Positions 16,131-33,018 of a DNA stretch of 64,000 nucleotides are shown in pieces. The DNA lies in the NCBI RefSeq assembly GCF_009914755.1, contig NC_060941.1, one strand, 5' to 3'. Within the stretch, counting starts at the first letter, position 1. Every line of letters starts with the position of its first letter. A program made the position numbers and the translations under genes. The notes beneath the pieces were generated by a model. It was not told where the DNA came from, searched no databases, and saw only the letters and a list, made by a program, of their open reading frames with translations. This DNA is from the human T2T-CHM13v2.0 reference genome, Homo sapiens.

Positions 16131-16808
16131 TTTTCTTCTTTCTTTCTTTTTTTCCTTTCTTTTTGCTTGTGAGTAACAATTATTTCACAACTCATTGAAA
16201 CTCCTTAAGGATACATTGTACCAAAATAGGAACAAATTATTCAAAAGAGGGGGCTATGGTGAAAAAGTAGAAAGTAAATCCTTTTTTTAAAGGATTTTAA
16301 AGGATTTGTCCTTTTTTTAAAGGACTGTGTACAACACAGTCACACAATTGGTGAGAGGCAAAGCCAGTGTAGAAACTGAGGTCTGCTGTGCCTCACAAAC
16401 GTTGCTCTTGGCCACACTGCCCACTCACTATGCATATGGTTTAACTTAACTCTTTTCATCTGAGGGTTTTCTCCCCTTTTCAAAGAGAGTATGAAGAAAC
16501 ATAGATATGGAATAAATGTCACAGCTTAAAGCAATGAAGGCAGGAGAAATATGGAGATGAATTTGTTATAGAACAGAAGGCTTAGAGCACAAGAAGTAGA
16601 CATGTCCTTCAGTTTTTCTAAAGATGCTATTTCCTGGATACTGTTTCATTCACTAAGAGTTAGACTTTCAGGGGGTCAGCTGATCTAGTTCCTTCTCCTT
16701 TAGGCAGGTAAGACCATTTTTTAGGTGATAAATAATGTTTTTTTCTCATGATAAATTATAAAAATACAATATGTATTCCTTATATAAAATTTAGAAAATA
16801 GCCAAGCA

Positions 16809-17162
<354 letters not shown>

Positions 17163-19284
17163 CTAAGAGTTAAGTATTTTTAATATTTTGGTACATGGTA
17201 AATATCTTTTCTAGGTTTTTCTTCTCAGTGGCTATGTACTTAGAACAAAAATGGGACCCTATTCTGTAATTTGTTTTGCAGTCCATTTCTTTCTACTTAA
17301 CAGAAATTATGAATATTTTTCCTTGTCATTAAATATTGTTCTATAGCATTATTTTTAATGATAGCATAGAGTTTCCATTGTGTGGATAGTTTAACCAGTT
17401 CTTTATTGTTGGACATTTGGATTGTTTCCAGGTTTTCATTTTTATAAATGATGTAGTAAACATCATTATTAGTAAATCTTTACTCATATGCATACTTACT
17501 TTGTTGCATAAATCTCTAAATGTGGAATTAGTATATTTTCTAAGAATATGCAAAATTTTAAGGCTTTTTATCTATATGGCCAAGTTGCCTTCCAGAAAAG
17601 TTGTATTTGTACATGCTCACCTTTTTATATGAGTGTCAGTTTTCCTTATCCTTGTCAACATCGGATACAATAATTTTGTTTCATCTTTGTCACTTTGACA
17701 AGTGGTATCTGGGAAATGGTATCTGTTATTTTAATTTACATTTCCCAATGTTTAATGAAGATAAACATTTTTGCTCCCTTACATTTATTGGTCCTTGCTA
17801 TTTCTTTTGTGAATCAAACAGGGAAAATTTTGAACTGGTTCTAGGGATAGATGATCTTCTTGTCAGTCAACCTTAATGCCACTCTAATTCTCCTTTTTTT
17901 TGCTTTAATCTGTTTCTTCTTGTTTGGTTTTCTGGAATTATATCTACCTCAGAAGACCTCTTTGTATTGTTGAAGTTTAATCTTAATTGCCTTAAAAAAT
18001 AATAAAAGTAAAACTTGTTTGTTGTGAGATGTTATTTTCTTTCAGACAGTACTGAGTCTGTTTCTTCCTGCCCAACAATACTTAGTGAAATATGTAACGT
18101 AGATTGTGAAAGTATTATTTTTCCCACTCGTAAAAGTGTCCTCTAGAGATAACCATTTTAAATAATTTATCTGACTTCCAGATACTTTGTGTCAATATAA
18201 ACTTTTTTCAAAACATAAATGAAATTATGCTTTACATCTTCCCATGTCAATGCCTGCAGGTCTTTTTTTTCGTTAAAATTAATGTTTGTTATATTTGCTT
18301 TTTTTTCTTTTTGAAGCGTTTTAAAGTAAATTACAATCATGCCATTTGCCTCTAAATATTTCTGTTTATAGCTCTAAAAAATGAGGATGTTTCTTAGTAA
18401 CATTGTCATCTCACCTAACTAAATTAATATTCCTAATACTGTATGCGTACTTCATATTCACATTACTTCGTTTATCCCAAAAAGTTTTTTATAGTTTGGT
18501 TTACTTAAGCCAAGTTCCATTTTATACTAATCCTTTTCAACAGCTGCACAAAAAGTTACCTGGCTAAACTAAAATTAAGTAGTCCCCTATAAATGGACAC
18601 TTAAGATGTTTGCAGTTTCTACCTATTATAAACAATGCTGCAAATAACATTTTTGTACCTACCTCTTTGCTTTAAAAGTATTTCCTGAGGGTTAGTTTCT
18701 AGAAGAACAGTAGGTCAGGAGCTAGGCATATATAAAACTTTGATACGTTTTGCCAGATTGCTTTCTGGCTATGTCATGCTAACTAAACTCATCAGTTGTG
18801 TACGCAGAGTGCCCCTTTCGGCACGTTTTTGCCAGCATCAAGCATTATCAGAAAAATATCCCACTGTTTTAAGTTTTTCTTTAAAAAATTATTTTTATTA
18901 GTAAAGCTAAGCATCTTCTCTGATGTACGTGGGCTTTTGAATTTTGGAGACTGTTAATCCATTTGTTAACATTCTTCTTTCAAATTCAGCAAGTATTGCT
19001 TTATCTTGCCTTACTGGACCTGCTTTCCATCCATGTGATGTGGGCTTCCTTTAGTGTCTCCACTGTTTTTTCAAGTGTGGGAATCAAGTTTGGACATGAC
19101 ATTTTAACAGAATCTCACTTGTGTTTTTTATCATGTGATGGTATTGGGGAGGGAAGTTTTGTCATTTTTTTAGTAATTGAAAATTTCATTACACTCTGTT
19201 TCCCAGATAGTTTTGATACATAACCCTCAAGGGTACATTGATCTAGAAAATGAAAACTGTGCAATTGTTTTTTAAGCTTATAGT

Positions 19285-19435
19285 AGTGTTTCAATTTCTG
19301 TATCTGTAAAATGGTGATGCAATAATAGTATCTACCTCAAAGGATTGTTAGAGGACTTAAATGAATTAGTACATATAAAGTGCTTAGGCGAGTGTGTGGT
19401 ACTTAGCAGGTCCTTACTGAGTATTAACTATTAAT
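19285..19435 (+). mobile_element. MIR
   Basis: atctgtaaaatgg...aataatagtatctacctcaaaggattgttagagg...aaagtgcttag. Confidence 0.8.
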
Positions 19436-21899
19436 CTGAATAGTGATGGTACAATCTTTTAAGGATATAGCTCTTGGGCCACAGTATTTGTTTTCCTCTT
19501 CTTGAAAGGATTAGGTGAATAAAGACAATACTATACATACAGCTAGTTCTTTGAAGACTTGAAATGCACATGTAAAAAGTACATACCAAGGAAGATATTA
19601 GGATGTTATTATTTCTTTTTCAGTTATTCATTCAATACCATTTGCCAACACCAAACATACCCAAGTGAGTAGTTTACAGTTTCTGCTCTCAAGGAGCTCA
19701 TAGTAAGGTGAAGCTGCTTTTAAAGCATCATTTAAGTGTTTTTACGTAAACACAACCTCTCAAAGTGTTTCATTTTGAGTTGGAGAATAAACAAACCTTA
19801 GTCTTACTAGTATTAAAAGAAACACAATTAAAACAATCTTTTATTTTCTGAGTCTCAGTGTTTCAATTTAAGCGATGGTAATTACTAAATTTTCAGGAGA
19901 ATGCATTGTAATGTGCCTAGCAAAAGTTGTTAATTGTTTTTGTTTTTAAATTTCTGTCTGGCAAAATGGTTTTGAGACACTCTAAGATAATCGGGAGTAG
20001 CCCGATTATCTTATAGTTGGTATATTAAAATAAAGAAAATGTTGTTTGACTACTTGCTTAACAAAAGGTCAGTTTGTTGAAGATACATAGTTGATATTAA
20101 AGTTAGGAAGTATGTAGTCTACATTTTGTTTGTCAGCATTTAGATTTGGAAGTGGTAGTGTGATCATATTCTGCCATGCGACTTAGGCAACATCTCTCTA
20201 AATGAAGAAAACATTTGTAGCATACCTTTTATGGCCCAGGTGATGTGTTGGATGCTGGATGACAGGCTGAAGCTGCCCTGAAGCAGCTTTAAGGTGGTGA
20301 AATCAGACACAGCACAAAATGGTTAAGTGTTGTAACGATATGAAGAATCCTGAGAGAGGAGTGATTAATTCTGCATGGAATCCCTGTTTTAGAAAGGTAT
20401 TTTCTGAATCTCCATTTTCATCAGTTTTTTCCAGACCCATACTATAGAGAGAATTTGGGCATTTGCTTAGAGACAGTTTCACCACAGCAGAGGCTGTTTT
20501 TTTTTTTAAAGACGTTATAATATGAAAGAGTGAGACTTCTTAAAAATCAGAGGGGTTACTTGGATTGTGGTTCTAATTTTATTTTTAATAAGTTTCCTTT
20601 CTTCACAGTTTATTTTAAATTTTAATAAAATTTTAAATTGTAAAAGTAATATATGCTTGTAAAATATTCAAACAGTTCAAAAGTATATCAAATAAAAATG
20701 AAAGTATCCGCACTCTCCCTGAGTAACTACTGTAAGACAGTTTAAACAATTACAGTACTTGTAAATAAACTTGGTTTTTAAGTATCTCATATTCTGAACA
20801 TTTACTCTTTTCTGTTTAAAGGGGGAGAGTAAATTTTCCTTTTTGGCAAAGTGCTCAGTAGCGATGCAGGTTGTCTAGGAACTGTGAAGTGGAAGGTAAC
20901 TGTAGTAGATTTCAGGAAGTACATTGATCAGCTAGATTGCTGTGTCCTATAGGGCTTTTTAAGGATTTATTGACATACTTCATCAAGGTATTTGAGAGAG
21001 TATTCAGGGAAACCTAAGAAATTCTGCAGTTCTTTTCCCTTCCTTATAAATTCATGCCTGGTCAGAAATTACAGCTTGAGTGGGATGTCCCTCCACAGAA
21101 CTCAAATGCACACTATCTATCATGTTACTTAGTGTGGCAGTAATGTAAAATGGTAAGAATTTTTTTTTCTTTTTGTTTCTTTCTATGAGGAGACTCACCC
21201 AACATATATTTTATCATATGTCTCTTCAGCATTCCCTTATTTCAACTTGTACTTACTCCCCCAATTCCCCACATCATTCTCTTAAAAGAAAAAAATAAGT
21301 TTTGTCCACTGAATCCTCTTTCTTATTTGATTTAATATATCTTGAGTTGAACATTTCTCACAAAAACACTTTGCATTCAGAATTAGCCTATCAAGTTGTT
21401 TCCTCCATACACTCCTGCATAGATCGCACGCCTTCTACTGTGGTGCCCTCTGAGATATGAAAACCCACGTCTGCTTTTGGCTTAGCCTTCATGATTTTAG
21501 AATATAAGTCTCTACATTCTGCTTTGAAAAGTTCTCCTTGTGGTTATTTTGTACCATAAAAAAAAAATTCTACTTTTAGTCCGCAGAGCTCACCAACAAA
21601 CTGGGACAGAAGTCCTCACACTATTCCAGTTAAAACCATGGTCCTCATAATAGCACACACATTTATCTAAATCTGAATATATATACACATATACCTGTAT
21701 ATGTGTATATACACTTGGATATCTAGAAATTCTAGTTGGCCATATGTTGGAAATGATAGCAACTTATCCAAATGGTTGATGTTGAGGAATTTGTAACCTG
21801 CAGTCCTCTGTCTTACTGGTAACGCCATTCTGCTTGGGGAATATAGAACAAGCCCAAACAGTAATACTGACAGAATTCGGAATTATGATACAGTGGAGC

Positions 21900-22450
21900 C
21901 TTCACGCAATTCTTTGTTGAAGAAGTTAGGGCCTAAATGTTAAGGCTTATTGTTATTCTGAGTTGATAATCTCTGCCTTGCTTTAATAATTTTTCCTCAT
22001 GCCTGGGTAGCCCGCGAGTTGCACAATAATCACTCACACAGCTTTGTAATCAATGCCCAAAGTAATAGGATTCCTCTGGCCACCGGCAATTAATAAATTT
22101 GTGTCTTTTTTAAAACACTAGCAAGTCGGGCCTGAAATACGACTGACTGGCTCTCCTCATTTGCATATTTATTGCAGTGGAAAAATTCTTACCAGATGAT
22201 TGATGCTGAGCCTGCCTCTTGAATTCCAAGCAGCACATTATTATGAAATGAAAAATGCCGGCCATACAGTTGATTAAAGTTGAAGACAGTGGAATCGGTG
22301 TTTTTTAAGATTGTGGGAGAATTAAAGGCATATTTTAATAGATGTTGACAAGAAGTGAACTAACAAAAGCAAAGCAAAGGATTTGCTTGAAAAGATTTAA
22401 TCAAACGTCTTTCTTGGGGGATTAATTGCTGGGGATGACTAGTGCAAGTG
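21900..22450. promoter_or_regulatory. Candidate conserved non-coding enhancer
   Basis: Repeat-free; octamer ATTTGCAT at 22159, TGATTGAT at 22197, many TAAT sites, retained CpGs. Conservation cannot be measured here. Confidence 0.55.
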
Positions 22451-24397
22451 GCAGGCTTGTGTGGATTTGAATGAAAAGTATTGTTCTCAGGCCAATATAT
22501 CGTGTGTCATTTTGACCTATAGTTTAGCTCTAGTTCTAGAGTTACTTTTGAAGGAGAAAAAAATGCTCTTGTAATCTGTAAATTCCAATTCAATGTATTT
22601 ATCTGGGGTAATATGAATGGGGGAGTTTATGTGTACTTGTACATAAATAATTGTAATGTTTGCGTATTTATTTAAAAACAACTGTATAGATATTTAAAAA
22701 CTGATAAGCTTTATTTACTTTATACACTCACTCTTCCTGTTCTCGCTTCACGCCATTGCCAGAAATTGTACTTACTGGTTTATAATCTAATTAATGAACT
22801 GTGTGTCCATGCCCAAACTTATTCCTCACTTACAGTTTTGTTTATGTTGGACAGCCTAGATGAATCAGGGAAAAAAATAAAGCTGTTAGGTGAAAATGGT
22901 TTTTAGATTGGTGACATTTTATATATAGAATGCTTGCATATGGGTAGCATATAAATGAATACCTAATATAGGAGTCTGTGAATACTGTCCAATCCTAGTA
23001 CAAGCAGAGCTTAAGATTTTTACCATGTGAAATATGATTTTTGATAGTAATATGCCTTCTATTTTTACAGCATTAAAAAAATTCTAAAATGCCTTAATAT
23101 ATAATAACACAGTTACTATTTTTACCTTATTTTGTAAGGACAAGCAAAGGCTTGTCCACATTTTATAAACGAGAAAATTGAGACTCAAAGAGATTAAATT
23201 GGTCCATTCAGCATAACATGACTAGTTAGTGACAGTGTCAGTTGAAATACAGGGCCCCTAACCCCCAGTAAAGTACTGTTTACATTTATCCTCTACTGAA
23301 AATTATTCCTAAAGCTGGTGGCCAGATGCTAAGGTTGAATCTTGGTAATATGATGAGGCATATGTCCTTCTTAATCTCCTCTTAAGGGAAAGACCTTTGG
23401 AAATGGACCATGTAGGGTAAAATAAACATATATATTCTTGACAGTATCCGTTTGTTTTGTGGCCATGTGCCAAGAGGGAGAGGGAAGAAAGTATATGAAT
23501 CTTTGCTGCTTTTCTTAACTTTTAACTCTTGTAATAATTGGGAGAAAAATTAGAGGTGAATTAGAAACTGTTGATTCATTCTATTTATTATTCACAGGGT
23601 TGAACAGCTAGAATTCAGTCCTGTATGAATAATAGAGAGTGGTTTTTTTTTAAATGTGTTTATTTGTTTGTTTTGGCTGGGAAGAATTCACTGTTGGATT
23701 TGAGTTTCCGGGAGAGAGTCTTTCCCTCACTCTTGTCAGCTCTGGCTTGGAGGAGGCTTACCATTTGCAGCAAAGGATTGTCCCATTGTCTCAGATTTTA
23801 CATGCCATCTAGAAGGAAATGCAGCCCTAATATTGCAAAGAAATAAGAATTGTGTTCTAAATCTCTTTATAGGAAGTTGTCCATGTATTGGGCCACTGGT
23901 GACATTTACTTTGATAAACTTTTTTTTTTTTTTTTTTTGGTGGTTAGAAGTACAGATTTGCAGATTTCATCTCTGGTAGGTCTCTTGACACTTTGATGCA
24001 TGGTAGTGCTATCCCTGAATGGAGCCTAAATACTCCAGGGCCACTTTCTGACTGGGTGAAGGGGTGTATAAAATGAGAACATATGAGAGAGTATTAACAG
24101 AAAGGCACACTTTGATTTACTGATATTGGCTCTCTGCTTTCTTGTTGGATTGATATGCTGCCTAATATATCTGCAATGGATTTTTTAAAAACTGACTTGA
24201 ACAACATAAAAAGGCTCGCATAGCTACTTGAAAATGGCCCTTAAAAGTTGTAGTCTTTTGTTGGATATTTTCACAATTCTTGGGTATGCGATATGTTAGA
24301 GTCAAATTCTGACATGCATGTTGAGGACAAGTAGCTATAAATAATATAGACTGCTTTGCAGCTTATTCTCTGGGTGGTTGTTGATTTTATTTTTTAG

Positions 24398-24860
<463 letters not shown>

Positions 24861-24861
24861 A

Positions 24862-26796
<1,935 letters not shown>

Positions 26797-27674
26797 TAAA
26801 GGATTACAGAATTTAGAAATGATGTAATCAAAGACCTTATTTTAAACAAGGAAGTTGTATTTATATAGTTTGATATGCAGATTATTTGAAGGAATGCAAA
26901 GTAGTTATTGGACCATTGAGTTCTTTCTGACTAGTCTGAGATGGCTCTCTCAGGTAGGTTGGCTCTCAGGCCTGACATTGAAATAGAATGCTATAGTATG
27001 AAATATATGGAGAACTTGTCTAACTCATGTATTGGTGTCCTACTGATGGAAAAAGTTGGGATATAAACTAGTGAGAAGTCTGCTCATGCTGGACAGGGTA
27101 GAAGCAGAAGCAGAAAAGAAAGAATAAGACATAAAAATCATTTAACCTAAGTTTGTGTGGGCTACAGTTTGTGTGAAATGTAAATATATGAATGTCGGGA
27201 TTGTTGAACGGAAGTAGGGATGCTTGTGAGACTACAGTTACTAAGTGAAAAATGGAAGGAGTGATAGAAGCATGGCCAGAGATAAATGGGCAATTATTAG
27301 TGACAGTAAGAATGGAAAACACAGAATTCAGCAACCAGTTAAACATCTAGAATAAGAGCACCCAAATGTGAGTGATCTATGAAAACACATTGAACAATGC
27401 AGAGAGGTTCAGACAGGGAGAGGTATTAAGCAGGAAGAAAAAAGTTCTGTTTCTGACACAGTATGTGTGAAGGAGTGATGGAACAACCACATGAAGATTT
27501 TCTGGCAGTCACTGGAAATGTGAGAGTTTGATTATAGGAGAGGTGTCTGAGTACTTTCAACACATAAATGGTGACTCTCAGTGTCTAGTTAGCCCCTTGA
27601 GTAGGGTTATTCTAATAGAGAAGGTAAGAATTCTGTTGTCAGAGGACCAGTTTTGTTTTTTGCGGGGAGATTTT

Positions 27675-28871
<1,197 letters not shown>

Positions 28872-29349
28872 GACCAGTTTTTATTCTGAAAGTTTTTATG
28901 CGTAGACTATATACATCATCTTGACCAGCTCTATTACATATGCATCTTATTGGCTCCAAGGAGAACCAGGTGAGAATATATTCTCAATGCCCAAATTTTT
29001 AATATACAATTCAATACTGCAAATAGAAAGTGATTCATTAGCTTGGGTTTTCGTATGTGAACAGGAACTTTTCCATAAGGATATGTGTTGAGAGATGGAG
29101 TGAAGGATGTGGCAGCTCAAACCAGAGGCACATGAGATCTCCTGGGGGCAAGGTGGAAGGTGTTGGTGGTGGGGATGCCTAGACAAAGTCCTACTCTTTA
29201 GGAGAAGAGAAGGAAGTGCTCAAGGAGCTGACTGATAAGGAATAGTCCAGGAGGTCAGCAGGTAACCTGTAGGAAGATACCTAAGAAACTTAACACCAAC
29301 GGAACAAATTAATGGTTATAATGAGAGGCCGGGGAGGAGTTTGTCAAGC

Positions 29350-29480
29350 TTAATACATTTAAGAGCTGACAATGTATTGGACTCTTACTCTTTGCAGACA
29401 CTTTTCTAAGCACCTTACATGCATGATCTTGCTTGTTCCTCACAACAATCCTGTGAGGTAGGCAACGTTGTTATTTCCAT
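29350..29480 (-). mobile_element. MIR
   Basis: ttctaagcaccttacatgcat...tcctcacaacaatcctgtgaggtagg. Confidence 0.75.
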
Positions 29481-29639
29481 TTGGGAATATTTCAGAGAGT
29501 ATTTAGTTCCTGTGTGTATCCTGTGCCTCCCCTTCACTCCCCACAGCCAGAACTGCTCAGGAGTCATGAGTTATAGGCATCACCTACTTTGGAGAATTGT
29601 AGATAATTAATTGTCCTTTCTCTGTCCTTTATTTCCCAG

Positions 29640-29754
29640 GTCACAAGGCACTTAAAGCATTGTTGAGGTCATTGGTAGGTCTTCAGGAAGAGTTGCTTTT
29701 CCAGTACCCAGACACTAGATATCTAGTAGATGGGACAAAGCCCAATGCGGGAAG
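29640..29754 (+). CDS. AATF: AATF coding exon (exon 5 by recollection), 115 nt, phase 1 to 2; encodes (S)[37 protein letters not shown](S), leucine-zipper region
   Basis: Acceptor tcctttctctgtcctttatttcccag, donor AAG|gtaaga. Open frame whose peptide I recognise as AATF; it joins the next exon in frame (AG|T = Ser). Confidence 0.96.
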
Positions 29755-30018
29755 GTAAGAGAACAGAATCATGGAGTTGCTTATTTTCTTTTCATTTGGA
29801 TAGTTTCCCATCATTTATGAAAGAAAAGCTAAGTTCTCTTCAGGCAGATATTAATGTTAGTAAAATAGAGTCTCATATTTACCTGATGGTCAGGATGGCA
29901 CATAAGTTGGTGATTAGATTTTAGATTTTTATATTTAGTTGTACCTGATGTGCTTTGCGGTCTTAGACAAAGGCTTGCCTTCTCTTTAGATCTATTGGAA
30001 TTAGAAGATAAAAGCACT

Positions 30019-30312
<294 letters not shown>

Positions 30313-31052
30313 AAAAGCACATTTTTAAAATATTAATGCTTAATTAATGTTTATGAAACATTCTGTGCCCATACCATATATTGGAATCACTGGTCACAGC
30401 CATCTCCTTTGAATAAAAGCTGTTATTATGAAAGATGGAAAAATTTCAGAAAACAGCAAAATAATTATTTTTTCCCCCTGAAATTATTACATTTGATGAA
30501 GATTTTTCCCCCTTTTGTTTATACCTGCTGTATATACCTGCTTGCTTTTTTTCCCTCGAGCTTATCTTTTGTTTCACTTTTTATCTACTGAACTAGTTGG
30601 GAGGACAAAAAGGAAACTCACATTTATTGAGCACCTATTATATGTTGAGGTCAGTAATCCAGTGAGTGCAACTGGCAGATAGTTGGAGGTTGTATTACAT
30701 TGCCATGGCAGTTGCATAGATGGCACTGCAGGTTAGTTAGTGCTAATTGTTGCCTACCGCTTTGAGTTTTCTTCACATTCAGCTTCTCTTGTATTTGGTT
30801 CAACTAATATTATTCATCTTTCCTTAACAGTTGGTTACAGAGAGACACATTTCCCTTATTGATTTGAAGATTAAGGTCGTAGAAATATGGTTATGTGTTT
30901 AATTTTTAAATACTGTCCTATAATACTGCAGGCCTGGTTCATACACATTTCTAATAATTCTTTTAAAACCTCATTTATTTTTATGGTTTACTTACCTTTT
31001 AAAAAATATTTTGAAACTAGTTCTTTTTATATTTGTTTTAAAAGTTACATGA

Positions 31053-31346
31053 GGCTGGGTGTGGTGGCTCATGCCCTGTAATCCCAGCACTTTGGGAGGC
31101 CGAGGCAGGTGGATCACTGGAGGCCAGGAGTTTGAAACCAGCTTGGCCAACATAGTGAAACACCATCTTTACTAAAAATATGAAAAAAATTAGTCGGGCA
31201 TGGTTGCACACACCTGTAATCCCAGCTACCCATGAGGCTGAGGCATGAGAATTGCTTGAACCCAGAAGTGGAGGTTGCAGTGAGCCAAGATCGCGCCACT
31301 GCACTCCAGCCTGGGCAACAGAGCAAGACTGTCTCAAAAAAAAAAG
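31053..31346 (+). mobile_element. AluS
   Basis: Full Alu; TSD aaaagttacatgag / aaaagttacacgag. Confidence 0.95.
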
Positions 31347-31540
31347 TTACACGAGTTTTTGATTGATCTCATGAATATTCTTCTCAAAGAGCAAAAGCCA
31401 TCCTTATATCTTTGGTGTTATTTTGAATGGAGACAGAACAGGTAAGGCCTAAATATTCTCAGTCCTTTATGTGAGCCTAGTTTTTAAAATCTAAGTAATG
31501 TTTGTTTACACTGGACATAATATTCTTACTGCTTTTCTAG

Positions 31541-31742
31541 TGAGGAGATTTCTAGTGAAGATGATGAGCTGGTAGAAGAGAAGAAGCAGCAACGAAGAAG
31601 GGTCCCTGCAAAGAGGAAGCTGGAGATGGAGGACTATCCCAGCTTCATGGCAAAGCGCTTTGCCGACTTTACAGTCTACAGGAACCGCACACTTCAGAAA
31701 TGGCACGATAAGACCAAACTGGCTTCTGGAAAACTGGGGAAG
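31541..31742 (+). CDS. AATF: AATF coding exon (exon 6), 202 nt, phase 2 to 0; [67 protein letters not shown]
   Basis: Acceptor gcttttctag; stop-free 67-codon frame with an acidic patch and a basic NLS-like [13 protein letters not shown]; ends at the GC donor AAG|gcaagt. Confidence 0.96.
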
Positions 31743-32268
31743 GCAAGTGTGTGTATGCGCGCATGTATGTGTAAGATAGGTTGTGGCAACTTGAAGAAGT
31801 TTTAAGAAATTGGAACTACAGCTCATTTATATGGATGTTGTCACGATGTAATGGTAATCATTCATTTCTATAGCAAAATCTACTGAACTTCTGGCACTGG
31901 GGTTTATACGATTCAGACTTGGGATTTTAACTTTATTAGAAAGAATGTTTTATTCTTAAAATTGAGGCCTTGTAAGTGTTCAAGTGCTGAAAATCCAAAT
32001 ACTTTAAAGGAGTGGATTTCAAAGCAATAATTATTAAAGTATCAGAAGCTAATCTCCGTGTGTAGAAAAATGATATGACCTGCTTAAGACTAACTTTTTT
32101 TTTTTAAGAACAATTATAGCCACTCACAAACTCAGTCCTTTACAGAAAGTCCCTCCTGAAAAGATGATTTTCTATCTCTCTGCTGACACAGAAAGATAGA
32201 GAAACCAATGTAGCTTGCCTTCAGCACTGATTTTCTGCATTATCTGACACTGCTTAATGTTGTTGCAG
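31743..32268 (+). other. AATF: Non-canonical GC-AG intron (526 nt)
   Basis: AAG|GCAAGT matches the U1 consensus except +2 C, and gives the expected in-frame KLGK|GFGA junction. Confidence 0.92.
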
Positions 32269-32433
32269 GGTTTTGGTGCCTTTGAACGCTCAATCTTGAC
32301 TCAGATCGACCATATTCTGATGGACAAAGAGAGATTACTTCGAAGGACACAGACCAAGCGCTCTGTCTATCGAGTTCTTGGCAAACCTGAGCCAGCAGCT
32401 CAGCCTGTCCCAGAGAGTTTGCCAGGGGAACCG
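32269..32433 (+). CDS. AATF: AATF coding exon (exon 7), 165 nt, phase 0-0; [55 protein letters not shown]
   Basis: Acceptor tgttgttgcag, donor CCG|gtaaga; matches the core of ORF 32257..32448. Confidence 0.97.
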
Positions 32434-33018
32434 GTAAGAACTCTGTAATGCAGAGTGATTATGGGGAATAGTTTCTATGAGGCTTATTAGCTGAAAAACT
32501 TGTAGCTATTACCTGTTTATATAAGAGGTTAGTGAGAGAAAGGAAAGCAACACTACTTTACTGGATTACTGAGAGAAACTTGAGTGTATGTGAGAGGAGA
32601 GAGTTTTTAAAAATGGAGCTTCTATTAACTCCTGTGTGTCATCTTCTCTTAATTTTGAGTTTGATGCAGGAGTCTGGTAGTAGAAGCATTCATAATCCAA
32701 TTTTCAAAATTCAGTTTTAAAGCTACTTCTGTAGAAATGTCAGTATTGAAACAAGTGTGTACTTTAGGCTCAACGTTTGCCATTTAGGTACTTTAGAAAG
32801 GGTGCAGAAGTGGAATAGTCAAATTCTTTTGTTTAAAGGAAACATTTAAAATTTTTTAATTATGGAAGAAATATATACTTAATCCTTTTTTAGTTTATAG
32901 CAACTTAAAATGAAAAGCAAAATTCTCTACTCTGAAAATTTCACTCCTGAGGTGAAATTTTTTTATTTTTTTTGTCAATTGCCTGTTAACGTAACTCCTG
33001 AGGTGAAATTTTCAGTAT

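Noticed and set aside
21680-21711. 15-bp inverted repeat tatatacacatatac-ct-gtatatgtgtatata
   Set aside because: Low-complexity TA/CA sequence, where such symmetry arises easily.
31506-31826. 106-aa minus-strand ORF
   Set aside because: Antisense shadow of AATF exon 6; no independent support.
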